DNA of 64,000 nt. Origin: an uncultured bacterium (GTDB taxonomy: Bacteria; Babelota; Babeliae; Babelales; Babelaceae). Shown here piece by piece: positions 58,668 to 64,000 of the stretch. Made by a program: the position numbers and the translations under genes. Every line of letters starts with the position of its first letter. The first letter of the stretch is position 1. The notes beneath the pieces are model-generated. The model did no database searches. It was not told the DNA's origin and was given only the letters and a program-made list of their open reading frames with translations. Location: the NCBI GenBank assembly GCA_963717435.1, contig OY970332.1, positions 128,001 to 192,000 of the forward strand, given 5' to 3'.

Positions 58668-59638
58668 CAGGCGGCGAATATTTTGGTGTCATACAATTTT
58701 AATCTGCCAATATTTAATCCTGCCCCTAAAACTATCGGGACGTTAATGCCTGGGCAACGCTTAAAGAGATGATTAAAGTTTGCGTAAAAACTGTTTCTGA
58801 CAAACCAGTGGCTCTTAATCTCTCTTGTGGGCAACAAAATAGCCTGGTTGCTAAAAAAAGTTGGGTTATAACCGGCTTCAAGTAAATTAAATTTGAATCT
58901 ATATTCTAAAGTAAATAATAAGTCCGTTACGTTTCCCGGTTGAATTTTTGCGCCTACTGGCAACACAGGGTAAAAGTATCTATTAAAAAAGTGTATGAAC
59001 CTGTTTTGAAAGACAAATATTACGTTTCTTTTTTCTTGATTTATAAAGCTGTAAGAAAACTCGGAGCCAACACCCAGACTATAAAATCTTGTTCCAACAA
59101 GTGGATCTTGGGCATCAAAAAGTGTGATTTTTCGATTTGTTGGAAAGCCCGTAAGCGCATATAAATCTATCTGTAAATCTTGAGTTGGAAAGAAATTATA
59201 ACCACCAGAAAAAACTATGTCATCGAGCCCAGTTTTTGATGTTTTAAAACTTGATGCAGGGCTAATTTTAGAATCGGATCGCACATGTTCGGTTTCTATG
59301 CCAGTTGTTGCTTCTAGCCACCAGTTTTTTGATCTAATATAACGTAAGTTTAAAATCGCACCGTCAGTTAGACGATTCTCGCAAATATCTGTTGGGACAA
59401 GTATATCGTTAACTATGTGCCGATCTCGCTTATAAACTATTGGCAATACTGTTGGCACCCAAAATGGTTTTTGCGGTATCGTACCAAGTAGCTTATTTAC
59501 TCTGAAAACTCGCCTGATTTTAAGGTTATAAACAAGTGAAATTGGGCAAATATTTGCCGCATTAAATATTATTAAGCTTAAAAATATTAGTTTGGATTTT
59601 TTTGTTAAAATTAAAGATATAAAACTGTTGCCGGACAT
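58643..59638 (-). CDS. Secreted hypothetical protein, probable outer-membrane beta-barrel
   Basis: Signal peptide, TGLDDIVFSGGY segment, alternating beta pattern, C-terminal WVNLTAIF. Confidence 0.6.
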   Translation of the reverse strand: MSGNSFISLILTKKSKLIFLSLIIFNAANICPISLVYNLKIRRVFRVNKLLGTIPQKPFWVPTVLPIVYKRDRHIVNDILVPTDICENRLTDGAILNLRYIRSKNWWLEATTGIETEHVRSDSKISPASSFKTSKTGLDDIVFSGGYNFFPTQDLQIDLYALTGFPTNRKITLFDAQDPLVGTRFYSLGVGSEFSYSFINQEKRNVIFVFQNRFIHFFNRYFYPVLPVGAKIQPGNVTDLLFTLEYRFKFNLLEAGYNPTFFSNQAILLPTREIKSHWFVRNSFYANFNHLFKRCPGINVPIVLGAGLNIGRLKLYDTKIFAAWVNLTAIF

Positions 59639-59863
59639 AGCTACTCTCTTAATTTTTTATTAAAATTTTATTCACAATTTAATTATAGTTCACAACAAAA
59701 AAATATATTTGTAAAAAACAGTAATTTTGCCCCATGCTTTCTGTTTTAACGCGCCGCCATTTCAGGAAAATAATCAGGAGGCTATTTTGACATCAAAACT
59801 CATTATGTTAAGCTTTTGGCATGTGGAGAAAATATTAAAAAACAGTCACAATCGGAGTCATAT

Positions 59864-60547
59864 ATGAAAAAGATATCTTTATTAATATTACTAGCAACTA
59901 CGAGTTCTGTATTAGTCGCAGAAAAAAGTGAATTAGAAATTCTTAGAGAAAAGCATGATGCTGCACTTAAAGAAGTTGTAAAACATATTGATGACATGTG
60001 GTACGAAGAGGCAACAGTTAATTCGCACACAGTCAACCCGCAAATAGGTTTTGTCAGCGGCCCAATGGGTATTACTGATGGCCACTATGGTGCTTCATTT
60101 GGAACCACTCACACATCAACAACAATAAACAAGCTTTTTTTCAATACCCCTGAGGCTGGAAGAGAATACAACAAATATCTAAAAGCGTTGTCACCATTTG
60201 AGTGGGACATATTCAAAAAAGACTTAATCACAAGTATTGCAACAGGCATTGTTTCAGGCTTAGCTCTGAATCAAAAATTACTTGACCAAAAAACAGAAGC
60301 AGAGTGGTCAACTGTCGATAAAATTGCGGTTACAGCACCTTTCTTGGCACCGATTGCCGAAATCATCGCAACCAACTTACTTGAAAATCCTATGAAATAT
60401 TTTAACAGCCGAACACTATCGGTTCATGATAACCTTTATGGAAATCTAAGTTGGAAAACAACTGGTAGAATATTGGGGCATGTTATTATGTCATATGTAA
60501 CACTTGGTGGAACAGCAATTGTAAAAAAAGCTGTATTAGCAAAGTAA
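59864..60547 (+). CDS. Secreted/membrane hypothetical protein
   Basis: GGAG SD before MKKISLLILLA; three C-terminal hydrophobic stretches. Confidence 0.7.
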   Translation: MKKISLLILLATTSSVLVAEKSELEILREKHDAALKEVVKHIDDMWYEEATVNSHTVNPQIGFVSGPMGITDGHYGASFGTTHTSTTINKLFFNTPEAGREYNKYLKALSPFEWDIFKKDLITSIATGIVSGLALNQKLLDQKTEAEWSTVDKIAVTAPFLAPIAEIIATNLLENPMKYFNSRTLSVHDNLYGNLSWKTTGRILGHVIMSYVTLGGTAIVKKAVLAK

Positions 60548-60568
60548 AGTTTAATTAAATAACTTAGT

Positions 60569-60602
60569 ATGGCTCGCAGATAACTCTGCGGGCCATTTTT
60601 TT
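60569..60602 (+). terminator. Rho-independent terminator
   Basis: ATGGCTCGCAGA / TCTGCGGGCCAT plus T-run. Confidence 0.75.
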
Positions 60603-60688
60603 GTTGTAAAATAAAATATAAATAGTAAACTTTCGTGAGCAAAATTAATTAATCAAGTTTCATTTAACCCGATTCTTTAGGAGACATC

Positions 60689-61357
60689 ATGAAAAACAGA
60701 TTTTTCTTCCTGCCGTTTTTTTTTACCCTAACGACTATTAATATTTTTTCTAATATTTCTAATAATAAAGAGCTGATTCTAAAATTAAATAAAATAGGCG
60801 CGATAAAGTTTGAAAACGTAACACTTGAGGGAGGCATAGTCTCCCCATTTTATTTTGATATGAGGCTTATAATTTCTTATCCAGACGTGTTAATAAACTT
60901 TGCAGACGCGATAAAAGGAAAAATGGAAAATATAAACTGCGATGTGATTTGTGGCGTGCCTTATGCCGCTGTTCCTGTTGCAACTTTGGCTTGTGCGAAC
61001 ACAAAGACGCCCATGATCATGCAACGGAAAGAGCCCAAATCCCATGGCACAAAAAAGATGCTTGAGGGGAACTTTAAAAAACAGGATAAGTGCTTGATAA
61101 TCGAAGATGTGATTGTAACCGGAAACAGTATTAAAAAAAGTGCAGTAATATTAGAAGATCATGATTTGATTGCACGCGATGTTATTATTCTGATTGATAG
61201 AGAACAGGGGGGCGTTCAGCGCCTTGAAAAAGAGGGGTTTAGGGTTCATACGATATTGCAGCTATCAGAAGTGATTCAGGTTTTACTTGAAGAAAAATTA
61301 ATCACACAGGCACAAGTGGATATTGTTAGAGATTTTTGCGCAAACAATAGAGTTTGA
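60689..61357 (+). CDS. pyrE: Orotate phosphoribosyltransferase (UMPS-like) with signal-peptide-like N-terminus
   Basis: SPFYFDMR, CGVPYAAVP, RKEPKSHGTKK, LIIEDVIVTG, IDREQGG; AGGAG SD before MKNRFFFLPFFF. Confidence 0.85.
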   Translation: MKNRFFFLPFFFTLTTINIFSNISNNKELILKLNKIGAIKFENVTLEGGIVSPFYFDMRLIISYPDVLINFADAIKGKMENINCDVICGVPYAAVPVATLACANTKTPMIMQRKEPKSHGTKKMLEGNFKKQDKCLIIEDVIVTGNSIKKSAVILEDHDLIARDVIILIDREQGGVQRLEKEGFRVHTILQLSEVIQVLLEEKLITQAQVDIVRDFCANNRV

Positions 61358-61380
61358 GTCTAAAAAACTGGAGATGAGTT

Positions 61381-63108
61381 ATGAAGAAAAATCTAATCTT
61401 AATAGCTGTATTTATAAATATAATTTTTATAAATACAGCTAATTCTAAAAGCTTAAATTATAACATTTTTGGATATGCGATTAATTCTCCAATAGGGGTT
61501 GCTGCATGCCCGATAACAACAAGTAAGGGTATAAAATCTATATCAAAAATGGGTTATGATATTATAACTTATAAGACAATTAGAAGCTGCGAACAACAGT
61601 GTCATAAGGCTCCTAATATTTTTTTTGTAGACTGCAAAAGAAAAATTAGGAGATCTGATATTTGTGGAAAATTTTGTGCAGTTGGCGAACATGAACCAAC
61701 TGATCTGATAAAAAGAGATAATAGTGATAGTTGCTCTGACGAATTTTTAGATAATTTAACAATTACTAATTCTTTTGGGATAAGTTCTCAAGATCCAGAA
61801 GAAACAATTAGGGACATAAAATTAAGCAGAGAAATGCTTCAAGATGGCCAGGTCTTAATAGTATCTGTTTATGGTTCAGGAAATACATCCTCCTGCGCTA
61901 AAGCTCCGGAGGACAGGAAAGAACAGATAGATGACTTTGTAAAAACAGCAAAAATAGCTGTTGCAGGTGGCGCCCAGATTATCGAAGCTAATTTATCCTG
62001 CCCCAATATTGCGGACAATCAAAAACTTATATACCAGGACCCAATATTGGTCCATGACATTTGCAGAGCCATAAATCAAGAGATCCCCGAGATTCCGTTA
62101 ATTGTAAAAATTGGTTTGTGTGAAAATTTAGATATCATGAAAGATATTTTTGTCGCTGCACATAACGGCGGAGCTAAGGGAATATGTGGAATAAATACTG
62201 TGCCTGTCAGTGTTGTTGACGAATTGGAAAGACCAGTATTTGATGAACAAAGAAAGATGAGCGGACTATCAGGTTCTGCCATATTTGATTTAACTTTAGA
62301 ATTTGTAAAAAATGCAAAAAAAATAATTAAAGAAGAAAAATTAGATCTAAAATTATTTGCAACTGGAGGCGTCACAAGATGGCAGCAGTTTGATATCTTA
62401 CTTGCTGCAGGCGCAGATATTGTGCAGTGCGCAACTGGTGCGATGTGGAACAAAACTCTTGCGTTAGATTATCATAGTAATCATAGTTCAAAAAATTGTG
62501 ACCCAGAAAAAGTGGATCTGATTAAAACACTTTTTGGTATCGAAGCAATAAAAATTAAAGATATACAAATAAAAAGTGGCGCAATATCACCGATATATTT
62601 TGATATGAGATTAATTATCTCATACCCAGAAGTTTTAAAGCATATTGCGATAGAACTTAAAAAATTATTATCAAAATATAAGTTCGATATCGTCTGTGGG
62701 GTGCCATACGCTGCTGTGCCGCTAGCAACCAGCGTCTCTTTGCTTGGCAAATATTCTATGATCATGCATAGAAAAGAGGTAAAATCTTACGGCACCAAAA
62801 AAACTATAGAAGGCAATTATTCACAAGATAATATTTGCGCCGTAATTGAAGATGTAATTACAACAGGTTCCAGTATTTTAGAAACAGTAAAAGTTTTAGA
62901 AAATAATGGCTTAATTATTAATGATATTTTTGTACTTATCGATCGAGAACAGAACGGCGTTGAAAATGTTCAAAAACATGGCTACAAAGTTCACCCATTA
63001 TTTACGATCACCGAGATACTACAAGTTTTACTTGCCGAAAAACTTATCACTCATAACCAGTTTGCTACAATCAAACAGTTTTGCCTGGATAACAAAATTA
63101 ACATATAA
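61381..63108 (+). CDS. Class 1 dihydroorotate dehydrogenase-like domain fused to OPRT, with signal-peptide-like N-terminus
   Basis: SPIGVAACP, YKTIRS, NSFG, EANLSCPN, PLIVKIG, GINT, SGLSG, TGGV; C-terminal KSGAISPIYFDMR, CGVPY, RKEVKSYGTKK, IEDVITTG. Confidence 0.85.
   Translation: MKKNLILIAVFINIIFINTANSKSLNYNIFGYAINSPIGVAACPITTSKGIKSISKMGYDIITYKTIRSCEQQCHKAPNIFFVDCKRKIRRSDICGKFCAVGEHEPTDLIKRDNSDSCSDEFLDNLTITNSFGISSQDPEETIRDIKLSREMLQDGQVLIVSVYGSGNTSSCAKAPEDRKEQIDDFVKTAKIAVAGGAQIIEANLSCPNIADNQKLIYQDPILVHDICRAINQEIPEIPLIVKIGLCENLDIMKDIFVAAHNGGAKGICGINTVPVSVVDELERPVFDEQRKMSGLSGSAIFDLTLEFVKNAKKIIKEEKLDLKLFATGGVTRWQQFDILLAAGADIVQCATGAMWNKTLALDYHSNHSSKNCDPEKVDLIKTLFGIEAIKIKDIQIKSGAISPIYFDMRLIISYPEVLKHIAIELKKLLSKYKFDIVCGVPYAAVPLATSVSLLGKYSMIMHRKEVKSYGTKKTIEGNYSQDNICAVIEDVITTGSSILETVKVLENNGLIINDIFVLIDREQNGVENVQKHGYKVHPLFTITEILQVLLAEKLITHNQFATIKQFCLDNKINI
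61888..61917 (-). repeat. 30-bp hairpin element in frame inside the DHODH domain
   Basis: Minus strand CCTGTCCTCCGGAGCTTTAGCGCAGGAGGA; encodes SSCAKAPEDR on the plus strand. Confidence 0.8.
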
Positions 63109-63115
63109 ATAAGTA

Positions 63116-63141
63116 AATAGGGCCCGAGATTGGGCCCTATT
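63116..63141. terminator. Bidirectional terminator
   Basis: AATAGGGCCC / GGGCCCTATT between convergent genes. Confidence 0.75.
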
Positions 63142-63171
63142 GCTTTAAACACAAAAATTATTATTAAAAAT

Positions 63172-64000
63172 TTATACTGACACTTGTGTTTGTGCGTCTT
63201 CGATTTTTGTATACTCAGATTGTTCTTCAAATAAATTGGAAAGCTCCATGGCGCGGGCAAGTCGCGTTAAGCCGATACCACCACCAAATCTTTCGATCAT
63301 CTGTAAAGACAAGTATTCATCAAGTTCTTTTAGTACTCTATCTTTGCCAAATTTTGAGAATAATAAGCTACAGTACTCGCCATTTTCTATAGTAAAAAAT
63401 CTTTCGCGCATGCGGTTAATATCTGTTTCTCTTTCTGCTGACCCAATAGTCTCCATGCCATGCAACAGGATATCTATTTTGCTATAAACGCCATCCCCTT
63501 CTGATTTCATGTTCCAAAATGGATTTGTATGCTCTGGAAATTTTTCAAGACTTATAGAACTACCATATTTTTTTGAAAGAGCAGTTTCATGTATAGCTTC
63601 AAGTATATCAGTTTCATAAGCTTGTGCGGCGCTTAAATAATCTATAGTGATTGGCAAATCGAAACCAAGAAATAGAAGAAGTTCTTCTTCAAGTTTTTTA
63701 AGTTCATCAAATGTTCCATGGGACTCAAACTCAAACATTGGAAACACTCTTTTATGACGACCCTCGATTGGGGTCGGCTCGTCGCGATAACTTGTTGTAA
63801 CACAAAATACGCCGGGCCAACTTGGATTTTTTAGCATCTCATATTCCAGCCACATCTGACCCGTCTGTGGGAGAGGGAAAACTTCGCCTCCAATACTATA
63901 CTCTGTTATGGTCTTGGGCTGCTCGCATGCTGCCAAAATCGACGTCCGTGATTGGGCCGGGACCTCTATAAAGCCCTTTTTTTCTTGAAAAAAATTACGC
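63172..64000 (-). CDS. Class II aaRS (Asp/Asn) catalytic-domain protein, asparagine-synthetase-like; 5' end beyond window
   Basis: Frame open to the window edge (RNFFQEKKGFIEVPAQSRTSILAACE); PLPQTGQMWLE, SYRDE...GRH...FPMFEFE, ETIGSAERE, RFGGGIGLTRL. Confidence 0.85.
   Translation of the reverse strand, partial: RNFFQEKKGFIEVPAQSRTSILAACEQPKTITEYSIGGEVFPLPQTGQMWLEYEMLKNPSWPGVFCVTTSYRDEPTPIEGRHKRVFPMFEFESHGTFDELKKLEEELLLFLGFDLPITIDYLSAAQAYETDILEAIHETALSKKYGSSISLEKFPEHTNPFWNMKSEGDGVYSKIDILLHGMETIGSAERETDINRMRERFFTIENGEYCSLLFSKFGKDRVLKELDEYLSLQMIERFGGGIGLTRLARAMELSNLFEEQSEYTKIEDAQTQVSV

Noticed and set aside
1-64000. tRNA, rRNA, transposase, integrase or prophage genes
   Set aside because: No cloverleaf or rRNA-like segments and no ORF with recognisable recombinase or phage motifs.

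Overview
AT-rich bacterial chromosomal segment. Its content (many signal-peptide proteins, ankyrin and F-box-like effectors, orphan beta-barrel-like proteins) suggests an intracellular protist-associated bacterium, most likely Candidatus Dependentiae/Babeliae (TM6); this is inference, not a search result. Housekeeping genes (acyl-CoA ligase, rsmA, mreB, glmU, sbcD, comF, pgpA, lspA, pheT, trhO, murB, uvrB, groES/groEL, rpe) alternate with paralogous secreted-protein clusters. No rRNA, tRNA, CRISPR array, integrase or transposase was recognised. Main observations: (1) a modular family of GC-rich palindromic elements (six copies, compensatory base changes, interchangeable inner hairpins) plus a related 30-bp element, four copies of which are translated in frame inside ComF, MurB and a dihydroorotate dehydrogenase; (2) normally cytoplasmic enzymes carrying signal-peptide-like N-termini, including a UMPS-like OPRT and a DHODH-OPRT fusion; (3) about ten secreted proteins sharing a W-x-x-x-(N/H)-(P/K)-K plus transmembrane module with variable cargo; (4) a six-gene secreted paralog array built as two promoter-3 genes-terminator units; (5) an AAA ATPase gene flanked by a 36-37 bp direct repeat; (6) a groEL broken by at least ten single-base indels, probably an assembly artefact.
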